Origin: an uncultured Clostridia bacterium
GTDB taxonomy: Bacteria; Bacillota; Clostridia; Oscillospirales; Ruminococcaceae
Length of the DNA stretch: 64,000 bases
NCBI GenBank assembly: GCA_947631115.1
Contig: CANRKB010000010.1
Coordinates: 1,876 to 65,875 of the forward strand
Reading direction: 5' to 3'
Part shown: piece after piece, positions 56,700-64,000 of the stretch
How positions within the stretch are numbered: the stretch's first letter is position 1
Layout of the letters: each line of letters opens with the position of its first letter
Notes under the pieces: model-generated
The model's database searches: none
What the model was told of the DNA's origin: nothing
What the model saw: only the letters and a program-made list of their open reading frames with translations
Translations under genes and position numbers: made by a program

Positions 56700-56911
56700 C
56701 GTTTTTCTCCTCGGTCATTTTTCATTTTTTATTATTATTTTTTTAATAATAATAATAAGGGCTGTTTAAACAGTTGAAAACGCATTTTGTATTTTTACAA
56801 AAGCATTTTCAAAAGTAAGTTTTTAATTTTTTATGTTAAAAAAGAGTTAAAACATTCTAATAACTTTTTTATAAGTAAGATGTAAGAATTGAAAATAAAT
56901 ACGAACTTTAA
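56700..56911. other. oriC part 2 (dnaA-dnaN spacer): AT-rich candidate unwinding region
   Basis: ATTATTATTTTTTTAATAATAATAATAA (56731-58), GGGC, then GTTGAAAAC (56773-81). ATTGAAAAT at 56888-96. Confidence 0.55.
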
Positions 56912-58270
56912 TTACTGGTTTGTTTTTATATTCTTTATTATATCTTCAACTATCGAACGAAAGCCGCTGTCGTGTTCCATTTCTTCTTTAACGGACTTTA
57001 TCGCATATACTACCGTCGAATGATCTCTTCCGTTAAATTCCTGACCTATACTTTCATAAGGAAGCCCCGTTACTTCCTGTATAACGTAAATGGCTACCTT
57101 TCTTGCCTGAGAAATATTTGCCGTTCTTCTCTGAGAGCGCATTTCTTCGGGCTCTATGCTGTATATCTTGCTGACCTCGTTTATTATCTTATCTACCGTA
57201 ATTGGTATGGGCTGATGATCGGTAACTATATCCTTTATAACGTTTTGCGCTACCGTTATGGACGGCTTTACCTGAGAAACGACATAAAGCGCGTTAAGCT
57301 TTGTAACAACGCCCTCTATCTGGCGTATATTGCTTTTAAGCTTCGTAGCTATATAATCTATAACGTCGTCCGTTATCATGAAATTTAAAAGCTCGGCTTT
57401 TCTTTGTATAATTGCGAGCCTTGTTTCATACTCGGGCGGTTTTATATCGGCTATAAGACCCGAACTGAACCTTGTTTTAAGTCTGTCCGAAATGGATTTT
57501 ATTTCCTTTGCGGGACGGTCCGAGGTAAGTACGATGATCTTATTCTGATTATAAAGCTCGTTAAATATATGGAAGAACTTTTCTTCCGTCTGCTCTTTTC
57601 CGGCGATAAACTGTATATCGTCTATAAGAAGCGCGTCCGCTCCGCGATATTTGTCGTCAAATTGTTCTACGGTGTTATTTGCAATTGAATGAAGAAACTC
57701 GTTTGTAAAAGTCTCGGCGGGGATATAGATAATATTTATACCGGGATAATTTTTCTGCATTTCAAATTTAATAGCCGAAAGCAGATGAGTTTTACCGAGT
57801 CCCGAATCTCCATAGATAAACAGAGGATTATATCTTTCATGCTGTTTTTTTGAAACGGATCTCGCCGCAGCGAAAGCTAAGTTATTTGACGGACCGACAA
57901 TAAAATTATCGAATGTATAAGTAATTTTTTTGTCGATAACTTCGGCGGCTTCGTTTATATTATCGGATTTTATTATTTCGGATATAACGGGTTTTTTTGA
58001 AGAAAGGTTACTGTCTACGATTATTTCGACTTTCATCGGAACGCCCAGAACATTTTTAAGCTGTTCTTCTATTCTCACCAGCCAGAGTTCAATAAGCGTA
58101 TCTTTTTGAAATTCCGTTTCGGCGGCAAGCACAAATGTCGTTCCGTCCATCTTTACGGGAACAAGCGGATCAAGCCACAACGCTCTCGCCGAATCTGACA
58201 GATCGTTATATTCTTCCATACAATTATCTACAACGCGTTTATAAATATCGGACAGAGAAGATAAACTCAT
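56912..58270 (-). CDS. dnaA: Chromosomal replication initiator DnaA
   Basis: 452 aa. AAA+ Walker A GDSGLGKTH and a C-terminal DNA-binding domain ...GRDHSTVVYA... Confidence 0.96.
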   Translation of the reverse strand: MSLSSLSDIYKRVVDNCMEEYNDLSDSARALWLDPLVPVKMDGTTFVLAAETEFQKDTLIELWLVRIEEQLKNVLGVPMKVEIIVDSNLSSKKPVISEIIKSDNINEAAEVIDKKITYTFDNFIVGPSNNLAFAAARSVSKKQHERYNPLFIYGDSGLGKTHLLSAIKFEMQKNYPGINIIYIPAETFTNEFLHSIANNTVEQFDDKYRGADALLIDDIQFIAGKEQTEEKFFHIFNELYNQNKIIVLTSDRPAKEIKSISDRLKTRFSSGLIADIKPPEYETRLAIIQRKAELLNFMITDDVIDYIATKLKSNIRQIEGVVTKLNALYVVSQVKPSITVAQNVIKDIVTDHQPIPITVDKIINEVSKIYSIEPEEMRSQRRTANISQARKVAIYVIQEVTGLPYESIGQEFNGRDHSTVVYAIKSVKEEMEHDSGFRSIVEDIIKNIKTNQ

Positions 58271-58935
58271 TTTTATTCACCATTTCTTTTAAAACATATT
58301 TTCACTTATAATAATTATACCACAAACCGATATAATTTGCAAGGAAAAAAAACTATGATAAAATAACCGTTAATATGTGTAAAATAAACAAAAAACGATT
58401 TTTCATTAGGTAACTGATTTTTATAATAACTTAATTTTAGTTTAATTAACTATAATCAAAAATATTTAACAAAGTTATGTTTAAAAACAAATTTTTGAAT
58501 ATACAGATTGAAAAATTTTATTTTTGGTTGAAAACTCGGTTGAAAATGTGAAAAAGTCATTTAAAATAAACAGATTATTTCTGATATGAGTATAGAATAA
58601 AATTCATTTTGTTTTTTTATGAATTTTTTATTACAATCTGTAAATTTTCTATTCGGCATTAGAATGGGATTTATTTTTTAGTTAATTTATTATTGTTGAA
58701 AACCCGTTTTTATTTTAAAAAATTTTTTAAAAATTAAAAACTATTAAACAAAAAAAGGTAATTGAAAATAAAAAATGTTGAAAACTTGGTTGAAAATGTT
58801 AAAATTTCTTTTTAAATAAAGGTAATTTAAAAAAATGAATTTGTTTAAAATCATGTTGAAATTATTGGTGATTTACTGTTTAAAAAATTTTTTTAAACAT
58901 TTTAGTGTTTAATGTTGAAAGGAAAAATAGTTGAT
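58271..58935. other. oriC part 1 (upstream of dnaA): very AT-rich with a reiterated GTTGAAAA(C/T) motif
   Basis: Same-orientation copies at 58527, 58539, 58695, 58777, 58789, plus variants at 58855 and 58914. The 31-bp unit 58526-58556 recurs at 58776-58806. Confidence 0.7.
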
Positions 58936-59030
58936 TAAGGCAAGAGATAAAATAAAGAGGACAGATCTTAAAACTCCGTCCTCTTCTTTTGATAGTCAAA
59001 TAACTTTATCTTCAAAACAACTTTTGACTT

Positions 59031-59086
59031 CTTACCTCTTACATCTAACCTCTTACATCTAAAGGGGGAACGTTTTGTTCCCCCTT
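59031..59086 (-). terminator. rny terminator hairpin preceded by CTTACCT/CTAACCT heptamers (family-3-related)
   Basis: AAGGGGGAAC-GTTTT-GTTCCCCCTT (59062-59086). Heptamers at 59031-59061 resemble 1153-1186. Confidence 0.5.
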
Positions 59087-59096
59087 AAAAATTATC

Positions 59097-60701
59097 TTAC
59101 TTTGCGTAATCAATAGCTCTGCTTTCGCGGATCATATTGACTTTGACCTGACCCGGATAATCCATTTCATCTTCGATGCGCTTTGCTATATCGTGAGCTA
59201 AGACTTTCATGTCGTCGTCGTTTATCTGTTCGGGCTTTACCATTATGCGGACTTCTCTGCCTGCCTGGATAGCGTATGAGCTTTCAACGCCGCTGTACGA
59301 ATTACAGATCTCCTCGAGCTTTTCAAGGCGCTTAATATAGTTCTCATAGTTCTCCGAACGCGCGCCGGGTCTTGCCGCGCTTATAGCGTCGGCAGCCTGC
59401 ACAAGACAAGCTATAACGGTCTTACACTCGACGTCGCCGTGATGAGCTTCTATCGCGTGTATAACTTCGGGGCTTTCCTTGTACTTTTTGCACACGTCAA
59501 CGCCTATCTGAACATGCGACCCCTCAATTTCATGGTCAAGCGACTTTCCTATGTCGTGGAGCAGTCCCGCGCGTCTCGCAAGCGCCGCGTCAACTCCGAG
59601 CTCGCTCGCCATTATTCCCGCAAGATGAGCAACTTCTATAGAATGGTTCAGAACGTTCTGTCTGAAAGAAGTACGGTATTTTAATCTTCCTATAAGCTTT
59701 ATAAGCTCGTGGTTAAGACCGTTTACGTTTGTTTCAAGAACAGCCCTCTGTCCCTCCTGCTTTATGCGGACTTCAACTTCTTTACGCGCCTTTTCGACAG
59801 TTTCTTCAATTCTCGCGGGGTGTATTCTTCCGTCCTGAATAAGCCTTTCAAGAGATATTCTCGCTATTTCTCTCCTTACCTGATCGAATGAAGAAAGCGT
59901 TATTGCCTCGGGCGTATCATCGATTATAAGGTCGACGCCCGTCAAAGTTTCGAGCGCTCTTATGTTTCTTCCCTCTCGTCCGATTATTCTGCCTTTCATC
60001 TCGTCATTCGGAATAGCGACTACCGAGACTGCCGATTCGGACACGGTATCCGCCGCCAGCCTTGAAATAGCCAGAGCAATATATTCTCTTGCTTTTTCGT
60101 CGGACTCGTCCTTTAACTGCTGTTCATAATACGATATTTTCAATGCTTTTTCGTGGTTAAGCTCAGTATCAAGCATTTTGAGCAAATGATCCTTCGCCTG
60201 ATCTACCGTAAATCCCGATATTCTTTCAAGAATATCCATCTGGCTTGCTTTGAGCTGTTCAGCCTCGGCAATCTTCTCGTCAGCTTTTTTGTGCTTTTGA
60301 TGGAGTTGTTCTTCCAGCTTTTCCATCTTGTCGTTTTTCTTATCGAGATTTTCCTCTTTCTGAGCTATTCTGCGCTCCGAACGAGAAATTTCGCCTCTGC
60401 GCTCTTTAAGTTCTTTTTCTGCGTCGGCTTTAAGTCTGCTTATCTCTTTTTCGGCGTCTGTACGCATAGCGTATATTTCGTCTTTTGCCTCGACGAGAGC
60501 AGTCTTTTTCATGGCTTCGGCTTTTTCGCCCGCTTCTTCGATGATCCTTGCCGATTCTTTTTCCGCAGACTCAAACTGAGCCTCGGCGGTCTTTATGCGG
60601 TGTTTTATACCCTGCTTAAAACAGATAAAACCGCTCGCGACCGCGCCGACAACCAATGCCGCTACGCCTATCAGCAGAGCGACATAAATTTCGACTTGCA
60701 T
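59097..60701 (-). CDS. rny: Ribonuclease Y
   Basis: 534 aa. N-terminal TM, coiled coil, KH domain ([12 protein letters not shown]), HD domain (HDIGK). Confidence 0.95.
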   Translation of the reverse strand: MQVEIYVALLIGVAALVVGAVASGFICFKQGIKHRIKTAEAQFESAEKESARIIEEAGEKAEAMKKTALVEAKDEIYAMRTDAEKEISRLKADAEKELKERRGEISRSERRIAQKEENLDKKNDKMEKLEEQLHQKHKKADEKIAEAEQLKASQMDILERISGFTVDQAKDHLLKMLDTELNHEKALKISYYEQQLKDESDEKAREYIALAISRLAADTVSESAVSVVAIPNDEMKGRIIGREGRNIRALETLTGVDLIIDDTPEAITLSSFDQVRREIARISLERLIQDGRIHPARIEETVEKARKEVEVRIKQEGQRAVLETNVNGLNHELIKLIGRLKYRTSFRQNVLNHSIEVAHLAGIMASELGVDAALARRAGLLHDIGKSLDHEIEGSHVQIGVDVCKKYKESPEVIHAIEAHHGDVECKTVIACLVQAADAISAARPGARSENYENYIKRLEKLEEICNSYSGVESSYAIQAGREVRIMVKPEQINDDDMKVLAHDIAKRIEDEMDYPGQVKVNMIRESRAIDYAK

Positions 60702-61247
60702 TATCGTTTCCCCTCCACAAATTTTTTAGTACGCACAAAAAGTGCGCTTAAAATTTGGCGGAGAACATACAATTTTCCTCTTGCAGCATATTGTCACATA
60801 AATATTCTATAATCCGTAAAAAACATTATTTACACATGACAATAACCAGTGCAATACCTCCACTCAATATCTATTTGTTTTTAGTCCCGTTCAAAAGGTA
60901 AATATATATCGGAAAATTTGTCGGCGCTGATTTTGGGCTTTCAGTACAGCCCGAGACTTATATAAAGTTTTTTATTTCGTTTCGACAAATCCATTTTGGG
61001 CGATTGCATACCAATACAACGACCCGTTTTTTATGCCGTTTATTTTTTACGGTATTTTAAGAGTGCCTTTTGAAAAGTCCAATATTTGAACGGCTAAGCT
61101 AATGAGCCGTAAAAAAGAATAGAAATGTAGTAATAAGGAGATAACTCCGTAAATCATACATTCAGCCGCCATAACGTTATAATAAACAAAGCGTCATAAA
61201 CGTCAAGGACAGTCCGCAATATGTTTGATTGCAAACAGTCTGCTTTC

Positions 61248-61276
61248 ATTGTACAACAAATTAAACGAAATGTCAA
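61248..61276 (-). promoter_or_regulatory. Near-consensus promoter facing rny, about 540 nt upstream of its start
   Basis: Minus strand TTGACA (61276-61271), 17 nt, TACAAT (61253-61248). Confidence 0.5.
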
Positions 61277-61349
61277 GTGTGCAATTGAATTTTTTCATAT
61301 ATTTTGAAAAAATTTTTAAACAGTTTTACAAAAAAGCGTATAAAAACTA

Positions 61350-61378
61350 TTGAAAATGACTTTATACAATGCTATAAT
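61350..61378 (+). promoter_or_regulatory. pyrE promoter
   Basis: TTGAAA (61350-55), 17 nt, TATAAT (61373-78). Confidence 0.55.
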
Positions 61379-61467
61379 AAAATTGTCGGACAGTTAAGAG
61401 ATTATTTTAATAATCAAACTGTATATTATATTTTATCGGCAGACTAAAGTAAAAGGAGTAAATGAAC

Positions 61468-62130
61468 ATGAACTATAAAGAAAGCTTTATAAAATTTATG
61501 GCGGACAGCGGGGTGCTTCGTTTCGGGGACTTTACTCTTAAAAGCGGAAGAAAAGCTCCTTATTTTATAAACTGCGGAAACTATAAAACCGGAATGCAGC
61601 TTGCGCGTCTGGGCGAATATTATGCCGAATGTATAAAAGAACACGACTTAAAACCCGATGTTCTGTTCGGTCCGGCATACAAGGGCATACCGCTTTCGGT
61701 CGCTGCCTGCACTGCGCTTTACAACAAATACGGCATGGACGTGAATTATTGCTTTGACAGAAAAGAAGTAAAAGACCACGGCGAAGGCGGAATGTTTGTC
61801 GGAAAAGAGCTTTCCGACGGCGACAAGGTCGTTATAATAGAGGACGTTATGACGTCGGGAAAGGCTCTGCGTGAGGTCTTGCCGAAGATAAAAGGCGCGG
61901 CGGATATAAATATCGAGGGCATGATAATAACCGTAGACCGCATGGAAAAGGCTATTGACTCCGAAAAGTCGGCTGTCAGAGAAGCATACGACGAGTTCGG
62001 CGTTAAGGTTTTCTCTATCGTAAACATAAACGACATTATAGAAGCTCTTGAAAACGGCGTTGTCGCAGGGCGCGAGTTTGTTCCGAAAATGAAAGAATAC
62101 CGCGAAATGTACGGAGCTTCGGACTTCTGA
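61468..62130 (+). CDS. pyrE: Orotate phosphoribosyltransferase
   Basis: The track starts at ATG 61462. The second ATG at 61468 has better spacing from the GGAG at 61455-58. PRPP motif VVIIEDVMTSG. Confidence 0.92.
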   Translation: MNYKESFIKFMADSGVLRFGDFTLKSGRKAPYFINCGNYKTGMQLARLGEYYAECIKEHDLKPDVLFGPAYKGIPLSVAACTALYNKYGMDVNYCFDRKEVKDHGEGGMFVGKELSDGDKVVIIEDVMTSGKALREVLPKIKGAADINIEGMIITVDRMEKAIDSEKSAVREAYDEFGVKVFSIVNINDIIEALENGVVAGREFVPKMKEYREMYGASDF

Positions 62131-62149
62131 CAGATACGCATAATTATTA

Positions 62150-62195
62150 CAGGCGCTGCGAAGGGCATAATGCCGCTCGCAGCGCCTGATTTTGT
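62150..62195 (+). terminator. pyrE terminator
   Basis: CAGGCGCTGCGA ... TCGCAGCGCCTG followed by ATTTTGTATTT. Confidence 0.7.
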
Positions 62196-62235
62196 ATTTA
62201 AGAAAAAGGTAACCCCCGTGTGATGGGGGCTGCTT

Positions 62236-62592
62236 TTATATTGCCTGTTTTTCTATCGGGAAAGGATCGTCTTTGTCGGAGTGAGCTTCCGCCCATTTTA
62301 CAAGCTCGTTTGTGGCTATTCTGGTGATCTTTCCGTCTTCCTTGATTTCTTCAATGTCTTCCTTGATTTCGGAAATGTCATTTTGCATCTCGGAAATGTC
62401 ATTTTGCATCTCGGAAATTTTTCCTTCAACATTATCCAGTCGTCCTTCAACATTATCCAGTCGTCCTTCAACATTATACAGTCGCCCTTCAATTTTATCC
62501 AGACGTCCGTCCATTTTATCCAGTCGCTGATTTATGGGATTGATTTCCTCTTTCATTAATAAACGAATTTGTTCAAGATCGTCTTTTGTCAT
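62236..62592 (-). CDS. Small coiled-coil protein with heptad (21-bp) tandem repeats
   Basis: Preferred start is MTKDDLEQ (ATG 62592, GGAGG SD). Repeats GRLD(K/N)(I/V)E x5 and ISEMQND x2. Confidence 0.6.
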   Translation of the reverse strand: MTKDDLEQIRLLMKEEINPINQRLDKMDGRLDKIEGRLYNVEGRLDNVEGRLDNVEGKISEMQNDISEMQNDISEIKEDIEEIKEDGKITRIATNELVKWAEAHSDKDDPFPIEKQAI

Positions 62593-62775
62593 TTTAACAA
62601 CCTCCAAAAAATTACTAATCTTGTTTCTATTATAATACATAAAAAATCTGTTGTCAAGATTTTTTTAAAATATATTTCATTCTCAAATTGTGTACAAAAT
62701 CACTGATAAAGCCCCGCAGCAGACGGGGCTTTACAGTTCGTACATTATTTTGCGAATAGGCAATATCCGGGAAAA

Positions 62776-62994
62776 TTACTTTTTCACGAAAAGTCCGCCT
62801 ATCTTATCGGCAATACCGCCGAGGTCAACTTTTGCTTTTACGCCGTCTACCAGACCTTTTATCTGGTCGTCGGGGAGATCAACTCCTACAACGTCCTCAA
62901 CTGCCTTTACGGGTTCACTCTTGAACTTGTCCGCAAAATCCTTGTCGTTTTTGACTTTGTCTACAATTTCGTCAATTTTCGCCTTAATGTCCAT
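62776..62994 (-). CDS. Small acidic/lysine-rich protein of unknown function
   Basis: Preferred start is MDIKAKIDEIV (ATG 62994, AGGAGG SD). 72 aa. Confidence 0.55.
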   Translation of the reverse strand: MDIKAKIDEIVDKVKNDKDFADKFKSEPVKAVEDVVGVDLPDDQIKGLVDGVKAKVDLGGIADKIGGLFVKK

Positions 62995-63058
62995 TTTCAG
63001 ATCCTCCTGTTTTTTATATATCAACGGGCGTTATTGCCCGTTGTTCTTAAAATAATGT

Positions 63059-64000
63059 TCAGCTTCTGTCAGCCAGAGCCTCAGCCGATTTTTTCAGCGC
63101 GCTTTTTCCCGCGTCGAGAATGTTCATAAGATAAAAGCTGTCCTCTCTGTAACTGCGCTCAAGCTGCAATTTTTCCAGGTTTACATATGCTACGACTACC
63201 GCTCCGCAGACTGCGGCTAAATTTGCCGCGCGGACGGTGTTTTCCGAAAGGTCGGCGGTTATCATGATTATTATCGACTGTTCTCCGGCACGCAGATCTT
63301 CCGAAAGAGCGTTTATTCCCAAACTTTCGGGAGAGGGCGATATTTCAGCCATTGTTTCATACAGAAACTCGAAATCCGTCGGGTTTCTTACGGTCAAAGA
63401 ACCGTTTATATCGGTATCTCCGTAATCGACGCGCGTCAGAATATCTTCGTTTACAAACGCTCTTGTTATTGCGAGAGAGGTTTCTATTATTGTGTCGGTG
63501 AAAAGTAAAACGTCTTTTTTATCCTGACAGCTCTTAAAGTCGCAGATAACTCTCGCTTTCCTTTCGTTTATGCTTTCATATTCTTTTATCATAATCTCGT
63601 CGGATTTTGCGGTAAGCTTCCAGTGAACATACTGCATAAGGTCGCCGTCGCGATAATCGCGTACATGGGAAAAATCTTCTTTTTCGGAGTTTTTGCTGAT
63701 CGTTTTTGAAACCGTAGTATTCCCGCTTGAATGTGTGTTTATATCTTCAAGCATAAATCTTCTCGGAAAAAAGATCATTTGTGTATTTCTGTTTCCGCTT
63801 TTTGAAAAACGTATTATTCTGAGCGGGTCCACAACATATATTTTCCTTATTTCAGCCTTATAGCGGCCTCTGTATTTGTGCCTGCAATTAACGGCGAGAG
63901 TTGTTTGTCCGAAAGGCTGAAGCGTGGTGAATATACGTCTTTCGCAGAACAAGCCTTTGTTTGCGTCGGGAATAAAACAAAGCATTTCTATCGGTATTAA
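63059..64000 (-). CDS. DUF58-family protein (vWA-like), probably 5'-truncated by the window edge
   Basis: DYRDGDLMQYVHWKLTAKSDEIMIKEYE matches the DUF58 signature. The frame stays open from ATG 63985 up to position 64000. Confidence 0.7.
   Translation of the reverse strand, partial: LIPIEMLCFIPDANKGLFCERRIFTTLQPFGQTTLAVNCRHKYRGRYKAEIRKIYVVDPLRIIRFSKSGNRNTQMIFFPRRFMLEDINTHSSGNTTVSKTISKNSEKEDFSHVRDYRDGDLMQYVHWKLTAKSDEIMIKEYESINERKARVICDFKSCQDKKDVLLFTDTIIETSLAITRAFVNEDILTRVDYGDTDINGSLTVRNPTDFEFLYETMAEISPSPESLGINALSEDLRAGEQSIIIMITADLSENTVRAANLAAVCGAVVVAYVNLEKLQLERSYREDSFYLMNILDAGKSALKKSAEALADRS

Noticed and set aside
61379-61467. I looked for a PyrR-binding attenuator in the pyrE leader
   Set aside because: There is no ARUCCAGAGAGG-like loop and no terminator/antiterminator pair in the roughly 85-nt leader.
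1-64000. I searched for CRISPR arrays, rRNA/tRNA genes, integrases, transposases, restriction-modification systems, or known defence or secretion gene clusters
   Set aside because: None was recognised. The dispersed repeats are not regularly spaced direct repeats with unique spacers. No T-loop GGTTCGAATCC-type tRNA signature was seen. All large ORFs have housekeeping or transporter assignments.

Overview
This window is the chromosomal replication-origin neighbourhood of a Firmicutes/Clostridia-type bacterium; the call rests on gene content and order only. From 60.7 kb down to 28.4 kb every CDS is on the minus strand: rny | AT-rich oriC | dnaA-dnaN-yaaA-recF-remB-gyrB-(ycxB-like)-gyrA | GyrI-like-mnmG-rsmG-noc | parS cluster | soj-spo0J-serS | MacB-type ABC pair, AstE-like, mntR, pgi, small P-loop protein, rpmF, an orphan gene, dnaE. 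The first 28 kb is mostly plus strand. It holds dCMP deaminase, rsmA, a MarR + heterodimeric ABC exporter operon, nfnAB, a sortase-anchored surface protein, csoR-copA, clpB, two zinc-ribbon/acidic-repeat membrane proteins, ogg, tsaD, aroK, a CPBP protease, a TM2 protein and a Na/Pi symporter. The right edge carries pyrE, two small coiled-coil/acidic proteins and a DUF58 gene that runs off the window. I found no rRNA, tRNA, CRISPR array, prophage or recognisable defence island, so I cannot point to a multi-gene novel system. The unusual material is mostly non-coding. (1) A compact type I toxin-antitoxin-like locus downstream of rsmA has a 27-aa hydrophobic peptide and a divergent, trans-encoded antisense RNA complementary to both the toxin start region and its terminator hairpin. 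(2) There are three families of GC-rich, hairpin-forming intergenic repeats. Family 1 behaves like a MITE: five copies, and three of them have perfect 6-bp target-site duplications. (3) oriC has no canonical TTATCCACA boxes that I could see by eye, but it has a reiterated GTTGAAAA(C/T) motif. (4) A sharply low-GC block covers remB-recF-yaaA-dnaN-dnaA-oriC. (5) Three parS-like sites are phased at exactly 50 bp. (6) Gene-strand polarity flips at about 28.3 kb. All coordinates and pairings were worked out by hand from the sequence. Family and function names are from memory of the protein families and need database confirmation.
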